NCBI RefSeq assembly: GCF_044704955.1
Contig: NC_091991.1
Location: forward strand, 132,990,001 to 133,054,000
Origin: Pristiophorus japonicus
Taxonomy: Eukaryota
DNA length: 64,000 nucleotides
Reading direction: 5' to 3'
In this document: piece by piece, positions 1-13,269 of the stretch
How the letters are laid out: each line of letters begins with the position of its first letter
Position numbering within the stretch: the first letter of the stretch is position 1
Translations under genes and position numbers: made by a program
The notes under the pieces: generated by a model
What the model was told of the DNA's origin: nothing
The model's input: the letters and a program-made list of their open reading frames with translations, nothing else
Databases searched by the model: none

Positions 1-816
1 AGTGAGTGGCTAGTTCTGGAACACAGGTCTTCTGCACTACAGGATATTGTCAGGGCCTGTAGGCTGAACTATGTCCAGTGCTATCAGCCGTTTCTTCATG
101 TCATGTGGAGTGAATCGAATTGGCTGAACACTGGCATCTATTTTGGTGGGGACAGGAGGAGATTGAGAAGAATTATCGACTCGGCACGTTTGGCTGAAGA
201 GGGTTGTGATCACATCAGCATTGTGCTTTGCATTCACATGCTGGGCTCTGCTATCAATGAAGGTGGGGATGTTCATGGAACCTCCTCTTCCCATTAGTTG
301 CTGACTTGTCCACCACCATTTGTGACTGGATGTGGCAGGATTGCATAGCTTTGATCTGATCTGTTGGTCATGGGATCACTTGGCTCTGTCTATAGCATGT
401 TGTTTAGCATGTATGTAGTCCTGTGTTGTAGGTTCACTAGGTTGGCATCTTATTTTCAGGTCCGCCTGATGCTGCTCTCTCTGAAGACTCTTCTACACTC
501 CTCATTGAACCAGGGCTAGTTCCCTGGCCTGAAGGTAATGATGGAATGAAGGATATGCCAGTCCATGAGGTTACAGATTGTGCTGGTATACAATTCTGCT
601 GCTGCTGATGGCCCACAGTGCATCATGCATGCCCAGCTTTGAGCTGCTAGATTTGTTCTTAATCTGTTCCACTTAGCATGGTGGTAGATCCACATGACAC
701 AATGAAGGGTGTCCTCGGCTGAGGACGGTGCGGTGGTCACCCCTACCAAAGCAGTCATAGACAAATGCATCAGTGACAGGTAGGTTGGTGAGGACGAGGT
801 CAAGTAGGTTATTCCC

Positions 817-918
817 TCATAAGAACATAGGAACATAGGAACAGGGGTAAGCCATTTAGCTCTTTGAGCCTGTTGGGCCAATCAATAAGATCATGGCTGA
901 TCTGTGACTTAACTCCAT
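817..918 (-). mobile_element. CR1 3'-tail-only fragment
   Basis: cataagaacataggaacataggaacagg..gatcatggctgatc matches the 3' UTR and tail of the other CR1 copies in this window. Confidence 0.75.
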
Positions 919-945
919 AATCGTGTTGGTTCTTTCACCACTTGC

Positions 946-1330
946 TTTTTGTTGTTGTTTCGTATGACGGGAAAAGCTTAGAATGGGATGTCTAGTTTGA
1001 CTATCCAGTCAATGGCCTCCTGAGCTGATGACAACCTACATATGGTCTCCCTGTGCGTGCTCGTTCACCGAGAACCAGCCAGCTAATGTCATCAAGAAGA
1101 TGATCGAATGCCCGATCTGAAAAGCCTGAAAACGTCGAACATGTCAACCAAAGGCTCCTTTCAGGTCCAATCAAGCAAGACAGTTGGTCCAGCACTCCGT
1201 ATTTATCAACTAACGTTGAGGGGGAAAAATTCAGTTTCTACTGCCACTCAGCGGTACCGAATTCCGACCCCTGAATGTCTATCGAGAACGAAGTGTGAGG
1301 TCTTGTCAAAGGAACTTAGAAAATGAAACC
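946..1330 (-). mobile_element. Ingi/Vingi-like LINE 3' end
   Basis: Reverse strand ends ..AQEAIDWIVKLDIPF* then catacgaaacaacaac, paralleling the 3' end (ctatacgaaagaagaaga) of the 14640-15703 element. Confidence 0.55.
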
Positions 1331-1750
1331 CTCCAAGAAACCCACCTACCACCTGCGACAAGCCCAGTTTAGCAGCTATGTCACTCAGGACTCGGCTAGC
1401 TTGGTCAGTGGTGGTACTACCGAGCTACTCTTGGTGATGGACATTGAAGTCCCCTACCCAGAGTGCACTCTGTGTCTTGCGACCTGAAATGCTTCCTTCA
1501 AGTGGTGTTCAACATGGAGAAGTACTGGTTGATCAGCTGAGGGGTGGTGGGGGGTTAGGTGGTAATCAGCACGAGCTTTCCTTTCCCATGTTTGATCTGA
1601 AGCCATGAGGCTTCATGGGAATTGGATTCAATGTTGAGGACTCCCAGGGCCACTCCCCCATGACTGTGTACCGCAGTGCCCCACCTCTGGTGCGTCTGAC
1701 CTGCCGGTGGGACAGGACGTACTCAGGGATGGTGATCAAGGAGTGTGGGA

Positions 1751-3233
1751 CATATAGAAACATAGAAAATAGGTGCAGGAGTAGGCCATTCGGCCCTTCT
1801 AGCCTGCACCGCCATTCAATGAGTTCATGGCTGAACATGCAACTTCAGTACCCCATTCCTGCTTTCTCACCATACCCCTTGATTCCTCTAGTAGTAAGGA
1901 CTTCATCTAACTCCTTTTTGAATATATTTAGTGAATTGGCCTCAACAACTTTCTGTGGTAGAGAATTCCACAGGTTCACCACTCTCTGGGTGAAGAAATT
2001 CCTCCTCATCTCGGTCCTAAATGGCTTCCCCCTTATCCTTAGACTGTGTCCCCTGGTTCTGGACTTCCCCAACATTGGGAACATTCTTCCTGCATCTAAC
2101 CTGTCTAACCCCGTCAGAATTTTAAACGTTTCTATGAGGTCCCCTCTCATTCTTCTGAACTCCAGTGAATACAAGCCCAGTTGATCCAGTCTTTCTTGAT
2201 AGGTCAGTCCCGCCATCCCGGGAATCAGTCTGGTGAACCTTCGCTGCACTCCCTCAATAGCAAGAATGTCCTTCCTCAGGTTAGGAGACCAAAACTGTAC
2301 ACAATACTCCAGGTGTGGCCTCACCAAGGCCCTGCACAATTGTAGCAACACCTTCCTGCCCTTGTACTCAAATCCCCTCGCTATGAAGGCCAACATGCCA
2401 TTTGCTTTCTTAACCGCCTGCTGTACCTGCATGCCAACCTTCAATGACTGATGTACCATGACACCCAGGTCTCTTTGCACCTCCCCTTTTCCCAATCTGT
2501 CACCATTCAGATAATAGTCTGTCTCTCTGTTTTTACCACCAAAGTGGATAACCTCACATTTATCCACATTATACTTCATCTGCCATGCATTTGCCCACTC
2601 ACCTAACCTATCCAAGTCGCTCTGCAGCCTCATAGAATCCTCCTTGCAGCTCACACTGCCACCCAACTTAGTGTCATCCGCAAATTTGGAGATACTACAT
2701 TTAATCCCCTCGTCTAAATCATTAATGTACAGTGTAAACAGCTGGGGCCCCAGCACAGAACCTTGCGGTACCCCACTAGTCACTGCCTGCCATTCTGAAA
2801 AGTACCCATTTACTCCAACTCTTTGCTTCCTGTCTGACAACCAGTTCTCAATCCATGTCAGCACACTACCCCCAATCCCATGTGCTTTAACTTTGCACAT
2901 TAATTTCTTGTGTGGGACCTTGTCGAAAGCCTTCTGAAAATCCAAATATACCACATCAACTGGTTCTCCCTTGTCCACTCTACTGGAAACATCCTCAAAA
3001 AATTCCAGAAGATTTGTCAAGCATGATTTCCCTTTCACAAATCCATGCTGACTTGGACCTATCATATTACCTCTTTCCAAATGCACTGCTATGACATCCT
3101 TAATAATTGATTCCATCATTTTACCCACTACCGATGTCAGGCTGACCGGTCTGTAATTCCCTGTTTTCTCTCTCCCTCCTTTTTTAAAAAGTGGGGTTAC
3201 ATTGGCTACCCTCCACTCCATAGGAACTGATCC
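1751..3233 (-). mobile_element. 5'-truncated young CR1 LINE; RT reading frame open over 1845-3221
   Basis: 458-aa ORF with NYRPVSLTS, YLDFQKAFDKVPH, GVPQGSVLGP and FADD motifs; (tttctatg)n tail. Confidence 0.95.
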
Positions 3234-4254
3234 ATTCTGTAAGGATGGCTATGTCCAGCTGTTGATTGACTAAAATGTGGGACAGCTCTCCCAACTTTGG
3301 CACCAGCCCCCTGATGTTAGTGAGGAGGCCTCCACAGGGTCGGCTGGGCTGGGTATGCCTTTGTTGTGTCCTGTGAATTGTAATTCATTGAATTGTAAAC
3401 ATTGCACCATTTTGTAAATCTATTACTTAAACACAACTGGAATAGTTGCTTTCAGGTGTTTGTGCCATGTTAAATGTCTCAGTGAAAGTACAGATAAGAT
3501 TCTCAAAAATATCGTGGAAATATTGAATACAGTTTCTTAAAACAACAAGAACAATATTGCTAGAGATTAGGACATCAGAAGCTACTATATGTTTGCTATT
3601 GTAGAGCACTTTCACTCGGTTAGGAAACAAAACCCTTTATTATCAATTGCAGCCATGGTACTTCACTTATTAAATACAACTTTCCATTGACCACAATAGT
3701 CCTCAATTCAACATGGCTCCAAAGAGAAGGTAGATTTTTTTCTCCAAGTTCCTTCTCCAGTCTGCAGATTGATCCCGGCTGCGCATTTTTCTAGCCACTG
3801 CACAAAATGAGCTGCATCAATCCTCAATGCAGTCCCTGCCCAACTTTTCCTGACAGTAACACCATCAGCAACTTTCCTTATGACTCTTGAATAATGTGCC
3901 CACAGTTATCAATGTTCTAATAATCAGCCTCACCTCTGCTTTTTTTCTTGTGTTGGTTCATGGATTTGCTCAGTGCTCATCATTGTAATCCAATCTGATC
4001 TCCAGCATATATCTGTAGCACATTCCCAGAGAGGGGTGGAATTCACAGAGCGTACAATCCCTGCTCACAATTGGCTCGCTTTATGTCTTCACAAGAATGG
4101 CACTGCAAACAGTTGCTGTGACCACCCCTGCCCCTCCACAGAACTTGCAAAAAGCTCAGCTGACATCCCCTCACAATTTCACGACATGGCTCCGAGCAGT
4201 TAATCCACTAGGGGGCGATAGACAGAGAGTATGAGGGGAGCACTAATGTGGAAC

Positions 4255-4540
4255 CCCCCTCCTCCACTTCCCCCTCCCCTCCACTCTTCACTTCCCGCTC
4301 CTCTCCTAGCCTCCTGTCGCCTCACTTCCTTTCTTCTCCGAGACCTGCCCACCCTCTCATCTGGCCTTCCTATCCTACTCCTCCGACTCCTCACTCTCCC
4401 CTCTCCTCTCCTCACCCTGCCCTCCTCCCCATCCCATCATCCTCCTCTTCTCCTCTCCTCTCCAGCTCTCACCTTCTTCTCTCCCTCCCTTCTCCCTTTC
4501 TCCCTCCCTCTTCTCTCCTCCTCCAATTATTTCCTCTATG
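4255..4540. repeat. CT-rich low-complexity tract
   Basis: Near-pure polypyrimidine run; the overlapping ORFs are compositional artefacts. Confidence 0.85.
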
Positions 4541-5547
4541 CCCACTTGACCTACCAATGCACACTTGGCATTGAATTCCCCCGCACTCTTCCACCCCCCC
4601 TCGGTGCAACACCACGAAAGATTGACAGGTAACTTCAAAATGTTGGGAGAGCCCAAGTTGTAACAGTTAAGAATTGCACTTCGGATCAGCAACACAATTT
4701 TATGATTGCTCAGAAGCTGCTCCGTGGTGTTAAAAGTCTTTTTTGCAATTACGATCCTTCATTTAACTTCTTTGTTGTTTCAGCCATTTCATGTTATTAG
4801 ACTATCCAAGTAAATAATTGATAGAATTACAGATTTAATCATCTGGCCTAATATTGCCTGCAGTACAATTAGAGGCATTGCATTAGTTATTTCAGCTGAC
4901 CAAGACCTTTGTGTAAATCCCTTTGTAATGTTTGTAACCCAGGCTTTAACTGTTTACTGAAATAAAAACAGACAATGCTGTAAACACTCAGCAAGCCAGG
5001 CAGCAGCTGTGGAGAGTTAACGGGGGTAATTTGAACCCCAAAAATGGGTGGGTTTGGGTCGTTTGGGAAGCTAAAAAGCTTAAACATTTCAAACCCGGTC
5101 CAAACCCGCCCACTTCCGGTTTTAACAGAGGCAGGACGTGGGGTGGATGACCAATCCGCTCTCAGGAGATCTGTCGGTAAAATCTTTTAAGGAGGCAGTG
5201 TGCCTCCATTACAACAGGATTTCTATTTTTGACCCAGGTTGGCCGAGTTTCCCATGCCTCAGGAAACCCGGCAGATAAAAGGAGGCAAGAAGGGATGAAT
5301 CAATCAGGTAAATTCCTTTACAGAACAGCTTGTGGGTCAGGAGGAGCAGAAGTGCTTCATTTAGGCCCAATAAGCTACCTTGCAAACACCTCCGTGATCT
5401 GACCGACCCCCCCACCCCACCTTCACGAACTCGCAACCACAATCTCCCCCGAACCCCCACAATCACCAACCTCCCACCACATTCACCCTTCCCCGCCAAT
5501 CTCTCACCCCCGATCTCCCCCCCTCCAATCTCTCCACTCCCCCTCTG

Positions 5548-8113
5548 ATCTACATATAGATTGGGCTAACCAATCTGGTAGCAATGGTGGAGGAGGATTT
5601 CCTGGAGTATATAACGATGGTTTTCTAGACCAATATGTCGAGGAACCAACTAGAGAGCTGGCCATCCTAGACTGGGCTTTGTGCAATGAGAGAGGATTAA
5701 TTAGCAATCTTGTTGTGTGAAGCTCCTTGGGGAAGAGTGACCATAATATGGTAGAATTCTTCATTAAGATGGAGAGTGACACAGTTAATTCAGAGACTAG
5801 GGTCCTGAATTTAAAGAAAGGTAATTTCGATGGTATGAGACGTGAATTGACTAGGGTAGACAGGCGAATGATACATAAAGTGTTGACGGTGGATAGACAA
5901 TGGCAGACATTTAAAGATCACATGGATGAAGTTCAACAATTGTACATCCCTGTCTGGCGTAAAAATAAAACGGGGAAGGTGGCTCAACCATGGCTAACAC
6001 GGGAAATTAGGGATAGTGTTAAATCCAAGGAAGAGGCATATAAACCTGAGGATTGGGAGAAATGTAGAATTCAGCAGAGGAGGACAAAGGGTTTAATTAG
6101 GAGGGGGAAAATAGAGTATGAGATTAAGCTTGCATGGAACATAAAAAGTGACTGCAAAAGCTTCTATAGATATGTGAAGAGGAAACGATTAGTGAAGACA
6201 AATGTAGGTCCCTTGCAGTCAGAATCAGGTGAATTTATAATGAGGAACAAAGAAATAGCAGACCAATTGAACAAATACTTTGGTTCTGTCTTCACTAAGG
6301 AAGACACAAATAACCTTCCAGAAATACTAGAGGGTCTAGCAAGAAGGAGGAACTGAAGGAAATCCTTATTAGTCAAGAAATTGTGTTCGGGACATTGATG
6401 GGATTGAAGGCCGATAAATCCCCAGGACCTGATAGTCTGCATCCCAGAGTACTTAAGGAAATGGCCCTAGAAATAGTGGATGCATTGGTGGTCTGTATTG
6501 TATGTATTGAATCCATGTACTGAAGTTGCATGATCAGCCATGATCATATTGAATGGTGGTGCAGGCTCGAGGGGCCGAATGGCCTACTCCTGCACATATT
6601 TTCTATGTTTCTATGGTCATTTTCCAACATTCTATAGACTCTGGATCAGTTCTTATGGATTGGAGGGTAGCTAATATAACCTCACTTTTTAAAAAAAGGA
6701 GAGAGAAAACAGGGAATTATAGACTGGTTAGCCTGACATCAGTAGTGGGGAAAATGTTGGAATCAATTATTAAAGATGTAATAGCAGCGCTTTGGAAAGC
6801 AGTGACAGGATCGGTCCAAGTCAGCATGGATTTATGAAGGGGAAATCATGCTTGACAAATCTTCTAGAATTTTTTGAGGATGGAACTAGTAGAGTGGACA
6901 AGGGAGAACCAGTGGATGCGGTGTATTTGGACTTTCAAAAGTTTTTTGACAAGGTGCCACACAAGAGATTAGTGTGCAAAATTAAAGCACATGGTATTGG
7001 GGGTAATGTATTGACGTGGACAGAGAACTGGTTGGCAGACAGGAAGCAAAGAGTAGGAATAAACGGGTCCTTTTCAGAATGGCAGGCAGTGACTAGTGGG
7101 GTACCGCAAGGTTCAGTGCTGGGACCCCAGCTATTTACAATATACATTAATGATTTAGACAAAGGAATTGAATGTAATATCTCCAAGTTTGCAGATGACA
7201 GTAAGCTGGGTGGCAGTGTGAGCTGTGAGGAGGAGGCTAAGAGGCTGCAGGGTGACTTGAACAGGTTAGGTGAGTGGGCAAATGCATGGCAGATGCAGTA
7301 TAATGTGAGGCTATCCACTTTGGTGGCAAAAACAGGAAGGCAGAATATTATCTGAATGGTGACAGATTAGGAAAAGGGGAGGTGCAACGAGACCTTGGTG
7401 TCATGGTACATCAGTCATTGAAAGTTGGCATGCAGGTACAGCAAACGGTAAAGAAGGCAAATGGCATGTTCGCCTTCATAGCAAGAGGATTTGAGTACAG
7501 CTACAGGGAGGTCTTACTGCAGTTGTACAGAGCCTTGGTGAGGCCACACCTTGAGTATTGTGTGCAGTTTTGGTCTCCTAATCTGAGGAAGAACATTCTT
7601 GCTATTGAGGGAGTGCAGCGAACCAGACTGATTCCCGGGATGGCAGGACTGACATATGAAGAAAGATTGGATCGACTAGGCTTATATTCACTGAAATTTA
7701 GAAGAATGAGAGGGAATCTCATAGCAACATATAAAATTCTGACGGAATTGGACAGGTTAGATGCAGGAAGACTGTTCCCGATGTTGGGGAAGTCCAGAAC
7801 CAGGGGTCACAGTCTAAGGATAAGGGGTAAGCCATTTAGGACCGAGATGAGGAGAAACTTCTTCACTCAGAGAATTGTGAACCTGTGGAATTCTCTGCCA
7901 TAGAAAGTTGTTGAGGCCAGTTCATTAGATATATTCAAAAGGGAGTTAGATGTGGCCCTTACGGCTAAAGGGATCAAGGGGTGTGGAGAGAAAGCAGGAA
8001 TGGGATACTGAAGTTGCAAAAATGATCAGCCATGATCATATTGAATGGTGGTGCAGGCTCGAAGGGCCGAATGGCCTACTCCTGCACCTATTTTCTGTTT
8101 TTATGTTTCTATG
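5548..8113 (+). mobile_element. Degenerate CR1 LINE (end of endonuclease through RT and 3' UTR)
   Basis: Frameshifted ORFs 5727-6356, 6792-7355 (FADD) and 7382-7903; tail tttatgtttctatg; tgatct repeated at both junctions. Confidence 0.93.
6517..6615 (+). mobile_element. CR1 3'-UTR mini-copy inserted inside a CR1 ORF2
   Basis: gtactgaagttgcatgatcagcc..tttctatgtttctatg interrupts gcattggtg|gtcattttccaac. Confidence 0.85.
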
Positions 8114-8605
8114 ATCTCTCCACTCCCCTTCCGATCTCTCTCCCCACCCCCCCCCCCGATCTCTTCATTCCTCCTCTGATCTCTTCCACCCCCGATCTCC
8201 CCCCTCCAATTTCTTCACTCCCCTCTGAACTCTCCACTCTTTATGAACTCTTCACTCCCCCCAATCTTTCCACTCCCCCTCTGATCTTTTCACTCCCCCT
8301 CTGATCTTTCCCCCTCCCCCGACCTTCCCCCCAATCTTTCTCCCTAATCTCCCCCATGATCTCTCCCTTGATCTAATCGCCCATAATCTTTCCACTCCCC
8401 CGATCTCTCCACTCCCCCTGATCTCGCCACTCACTTTATTTTTTCTCTCCCCTAATTTTCTGCTCCCTCCCACACCCCAATCTCTCCGCTCCCCCCGATC
8501 TCTCCACTTCCCCCGATCACTCCCCCCACCGTTATCTCCACTCCCCCCCCCCCCCCCATCTTTCTGCTCCCTCCCATCCCATGATCTCTCCGCTTCTCCA
8601 CCACT
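8114..8605. repeat. Degenerate (gatctctccactcccc)-type minisatellite, continuous with 5400-5547
   Basis: Recurrent gatct/ccactcccc units on both sides of the CR1. Confidence 0.75.
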
Positions 8606-9659
8606 AGATCTTCCTGCTCTGGGCTGCGGCCTAGTACCCCACCTGATAGGCAAGCCAACTACAGGCTGTAGGGCGGGAAACCTGGATAAGAACATTTAAA
8701 GAAGGGTGTTGGACTTCCCGTCCATAACTCCACTCCTCTGCTCTGAACACATGCTTCAGTAAATATTGGGGCCAACGTTTCAGGTTGATAGTCTTTCATC
8801 AGAACTACAAGATGTTAGAGATGAACAGATTTCAAGCAAGTTCAGAACCAGGGAAAAGAAAGGGCAGGGAAAGAATGCAAGGGAGAGGTCCATGATAGCG
8901 TGGAGAGCAGGAGTGTTTAAATAACAGGATATGATGGTGCAAGGCAAGAGGAGATGTAATGGGATAGGTATAAAAACAAAAGCTGGGTTGAGAAGAGGTG
9001 TAACTGTTTTCTGCTTAAATTATTGTAAATGTTCAGCCTGGAAATCTGACAAAAAGGATAAATATCCTACAGTAAAGGTTGAACCTTAGGTGACAAGACT
9101 GTAGAAAGGGAACCATTGTTTAAAACTGTTGTTTGCAACATTTTAAAATGTAACCGAGCTGATTTATTCCATTGCATACAACAATTGTGTCAATATCTTT
9201 TAAGGATCAGTTCATGTCTGTATTCACTATCTAAATAGCATGGCAGTTTAAGCAAATCTCTCTTCTACTTTCAGATTGACACAAAGTGCTTATTGCATAT
9301 CTTCCCGCACCAGGCCTCAGCAGCTATTGACAATGGAGCAGACAGAATCCAGCTTTTACAGATTGTTGAGAATTGTCTCCGAATTCAGGAGAAGTACAAG
9401 TGCAGGGGAGTGGATGGATCTTAATTCCTGAATTCCGACAATGTCCTACATTAATCCTTGTTTGGAAGACTTTGTTGAAACGTTTATTTATTTTTTCAGC
9501 AACCTTTTCATAGGGAATGGTCCAAATCCAAACCCTTCAAATGCTGCAATATCCTGCAGCAAAACACAAGTTGTTTTTAAGTTCAATTCCAGAAATGTTA
9601 TGAATGACAGCCATACGTACTCACAGGTTTTATTGTTAAAGATGAATTTGGAAAATGAC

Positions 9660-10444
9660 GTCTAATTTTGAAGTTTCGACCGGTGGGCCCACTTAAACAG
9701 GCTGCAGGGAACGATCCCAGTGCCGGAACGGGTAGGCCAAGGCCCAATATCGGTTAGGGTAGTGAGGATCGCAATAGTAGTGAGAGTGGGAAATGCAGAG
9801 TGTGTGAGTAGGAGGAGAAGATGGAGTGATGTGTGGTTCAGTGATTGTAGGAGAATGGAGGGAAGAGGGGGAGGGGACTATTGTGAGTAGTGATGATGGA
9901 GGTGTGAGCAGAGAGTTAGAGAACAGAATTCATACCTTGACAACTCTGGTGAGGTCATTGAACATTTTTCTGCAATGTAACCATTTCCTGGGAGCTAAAC
10001 CCCAGGCATTAATCTCCTCTGCAATATATTCCCACTGGTGACCAAGGTGTTGCCTGGAGGGCTTTCTGCCCCACCTCCCATTGGAAACAGGATCACCCTC
10101 GCCCTGTCCATCGCCTGGGGCAGAGCATCGAAAGCAGCATCGGAGAATCTTGGTGTCTTACAGCCATTTGTTTCTTCGGACACCTTACTTCCTGTTCGCA
10201 GCCAGAGTGCACCTCCTCTTTAAAAGTTGCAGGAAGCCTTTAAGTGGTGTCAGTGAAGCCCGATTGCCCCCCTCTCCCTGTCCTCCAAACAGGAACGCAG
10301 CCAATGAATAGCACAAAAGGTACTGGCTGCATACCCGACTCATTACAGTGAGCTGGCAGCACCAATTTAACTTGGTCCCTGTGACCACGTGAACCCCCCG
10401 CCCCTTGCATGCCCAAAATCAGGCATGATCAAATTTCTAGTCCA
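9660..10444 (-). mobile_element. Harbinger remnant with Myb/SANT-like gene 5' exon
   Basis: ORF 9995-10183 KTPRFSDAAFDAL.. resembles the Harbinger Myb N-terminus; TIR-like end aaatttctagtcc. Confidence 0.5.
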
Positions 10445-11057
10445 TCGAGTTATTAGACTTAAGAAAATGAATTATATGGCACAGGAGCTGAAGCAACAAT
10501 ATCACACTGGCAAGATGTGCTGAGGTCAGCCCTATTTAGTTATTCATGGCGATCTCCTGGCCCATATTGATCCTGGTGCTGGGAGGTCACCAAGGGGAGG
10601 CAGGACGAATTGCAGCATCAACAGCCCTTGAAGGACTGCAACTAAAATTTAAAGGGGTGCTGATGCTGCAGTTAAAGATGAATGGCTGCATGGAAGATAA
10701 AATTATTTCAGATTTTACAAAGCTTGCAAATATTTCTAATATTTATCAGCCTATCCATGGGTCATTAAATAAATGATTGGCTTAATCCAAGAGAAATTAA
10801 AATAATGTGGAGGGAGAAAATGGATTCAATGCTGAATGGTAAGGTGGTCTCTTATTTAATGATTGGTAAGGTGAAGCTGCTTCTGCTCGATGTAAGTGCA
10901 AGACACATTGCCCAATTTGACACTCTCGGGCTCCTTCCCCATCGGACTACTGGGCAGCATGGCTGGTGGCGGCCGGGGTCAAACATGGTGTACACTATCT
11001 GCTGATCTGGAAACAGATGCAGAAGATGGCACACCCTCAGGAAGCTGCCATAGTAAG

Positions 11058-12153
11058 AATAGAAACATAGAAACATAGAAAATAGGTGCAGGAGCAGGCC
11101 ATTTGGCCCTTCGAGCCTGCACCATCATTCAATATGATCATGGCTGATCATGCAGCTTCAGTACCCCACTCCTACCTTCTCTCCATACCCCCAATCCCTT
11201 TAGCCGTAAGGGCCACATCTAACTTCATTTTGAATATATCCAACGAACTGGAGTCAACAACTTTCTGTGGTAGAGAATTCCACAGGTTCACAATTCTCTG
11301 GGTGAAAAAGTTTCTCCTCATCTCGGTCCTAAATGGCTTACCCCTTATCCTTAGACTGTGACCCCTGGTTCTGGACTTCTGCAACATCGGGAACATTCTT
11401 CCTGCATCTAATCTGTCCAATCCCGTCAGAATTTTATATGATTCTATGAGATCCCCTCTCATTCTTCTAAATTCCAGTGAATATAAGCCTAGTCGATCCA
11501 ATCTTTCTTCATATGTCAGTCCTGCCATCCTGAGAATCAGTCTGGTGAACCTTCACTGCACTCCCTCAATAGCAAGAATGTCCTTCCTCAGATTAGGAGA
11601 CCAAAACTGCACACAATACTCAAGGTGTGGTCTCACCAAGGCCCTGTATAACTGCAGCAAGACCTCCCTGCTCCTATACTCAAATCTCCTCGCTATGAAG
11701 GCCAACATGCCATTTGCTTTCTTAACTGCCTGCTGTACCTGCATGCCTACTTTCAATGGCTGATGTACCATGACACCCAGGTCTCGTTGCACCTCCCCTT
11801 TTCCTAATCTGTCACCATTCAGATAATATTCTGCCTTCCTGTTTTTGCCACCAAAGTGGATAACCTCACATTTATCCACGTTATACTGCATCTCCCGTGC
11901 ATTTGCCCACTCACCTAACCTGTCCAGGTCACTCTGCAGCCTCTTAGCATCCTCCTCACAGCTCACACTGCCACCCAGCTTAGTGTCATCTGCAAAATGG
12001 AGATATTGCATTCAATTCCTTCATCTAAATCATTGATGTATATTGTAAATAGCTGGGGTCCCAGCACTGAACCTTGCGGTACCACACCAGTCACTGCCTG
12101 CCATTCTGAAAAGGATCCGTTTATTCCCACTCTTTGCTTCCTGTCTGCCAACC
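11058..12153 (-). mobile_element. 5'-truncated CR1 LINE
   Basis: Frameshifted RT ORFs 11172-11528, 11553-12011 (FADD) and 11963-12151; tail (catagaaa)n. Confidence 0.93.
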
Positions 12154-12576
12154 TGTACTATTTACCAGACAGAAGGCCCAAGTGCGCAAGTCACAAAGCT
12201 TTGCCGAGCAATCTGTTCCACATTTGCTGCCGGCCCATACACTGCATTCACGCAACCTTACAGCCATTCTCCAGCAGAGTGCATTTCAAGCTGCAACTTA
12301 CGGTTGACACACTCACACCTTCACGGGACTCCACACTCTCTGCCTGCATGTGGTACGATCACTTACTGACTCACAAGGTAGGCTGCAGGATAGCCACAAT
12401 CTCATCATCAATGATCCCCTACAGTTTGGGAAATGAGCAGCATAATCCTGCTGCTGCTATTCAGAGGGAAAGGAGATGAAAGTGCTAGCCACACTCACCT
12501 CAATCACCAGCCTAATACATGCGTGCACAACGCATTGACTGACACTGCAGATGATTGCGTGCTAGCCTGAAAAGAG

Positions 12577-13010
12577 GCAACAACAACAACAACTTGTATT
12601 TATATAGCACCTTTAATGCAGTGAAACATCTCAAGGCGCTTCACAGGAGTATTATGAGAAAGAAATTTGACACCGAGCCGCATAAATAGAAATTAGCACA
12701 GGTGAACAAAAGCTTGGTCAAAGAGGTAGGTTTTAAGGAGAATCTTGAAGGAGCAAAGAGAGGTAGAGAGGCTGAGCGGTTTAGACAGGGAGTTCCAGAG
12801 CTTGGGGCCTAGGCAACCGAAGGCACGGCCACAATGGTTGAGTGATTATAATCAGGGATGCTCAAGAGGGCAGAGTTTGAGGAGCGCAGACATATCGGGG
12901 GGGGAATTGTGTGGCTGGAAGAGATTACAGAGATAGGGAGGGGTGAGGCCATGGATGGTTTTGAAAATAAGGATGAGAATTTTGAAATTGAGGCGTTGCT
13001 TAACCGGAAG
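12577..13010 (-). mobile_element. L2 LINE 3' end
   Basis: WLPVKQRLNFKILILIFKTIHGLTPPYL is the typical L2 ORF2 C-terminus; tail gctatataaatacaag(ttg)n. Confidence 0.8.
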
Positions 13011-13269
13011 CCAGATGCAAAGAAGTTGAAGGAGGAGGTGACTTTGACTGACAGTACAGGCCTTATAGTATAGGACTGCAGGTGGCCTTCTAACCAATAG
13101 CACAACTCTTCAACTAACTTTGTGCTGAGTTAGACCAAATGGAGCCAGTTCTTCAAGGTTGTTACAAGGTAGGTCAGATAATGCCAGTAGATATACTTGA
13201 TGACACTTATGGGGGTGAAGGCAGTCTGGATCTGATGCCTCACTATCTCCCTGGCATGTCTTATTTCAG

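Larger units (their letters stand above)
1..3370 (-). mobile_element. Old degenerate CR1-group non-LTR retrotransposon (APE endonuclease to RT linker), split by three later insertions
   Basis: Minus-strand translation gives ..NIRGLVPKLGELSHILVNQQLDIAILTE (APE start, ~3235-3320), a GDFNVHH motif (~1435-1455) and IRFTPHDMKKRLIALDIVQPTGPDNIL (ORF 37-294, pre-RT GPD motif). Many stops and frameshifts. Confidence 0.7.
5022..8773. mobile_element. Non-autonomous PIF/Harbinger-like element carrying a CT-rich minisatellite and a nested CR1
   Basis: Flanked by a 3-bp duplication AAC (5019-5021 / 8774-8776). The ends gggggtaattt.. / ..aaatattggggcc are only loosely inverted. Confidence 0.55.
4955..9005 (-). 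mobile_element. Penelope-type terminal/3' remnant (4955-5021 and 8774-9005) split by an insertion
   Basis: The joined flanks ctgaaataaaaacag..ggagagttaac|gtttcaggttga..agatgttagagatg are colinear with the Penelope end at 33540-33845. Confidence 0.7.

Noticed and set aside
3455-3630. Possible exon or ORF 3427-3630
   Set aside because: Plus-strand frames hit stops; the minus-strand peptide has no recognisable motif.
4200-4695. Pro/Ser/Leu-rich ORFs
   Set aside because: Artefacts of the low-complexity CT tract.
9276-9425. Possible host exon after a ctactttcag acceptor (two frames open for ~50 codons)
   Set aside because: No convincing donor site and no recognisable protein.
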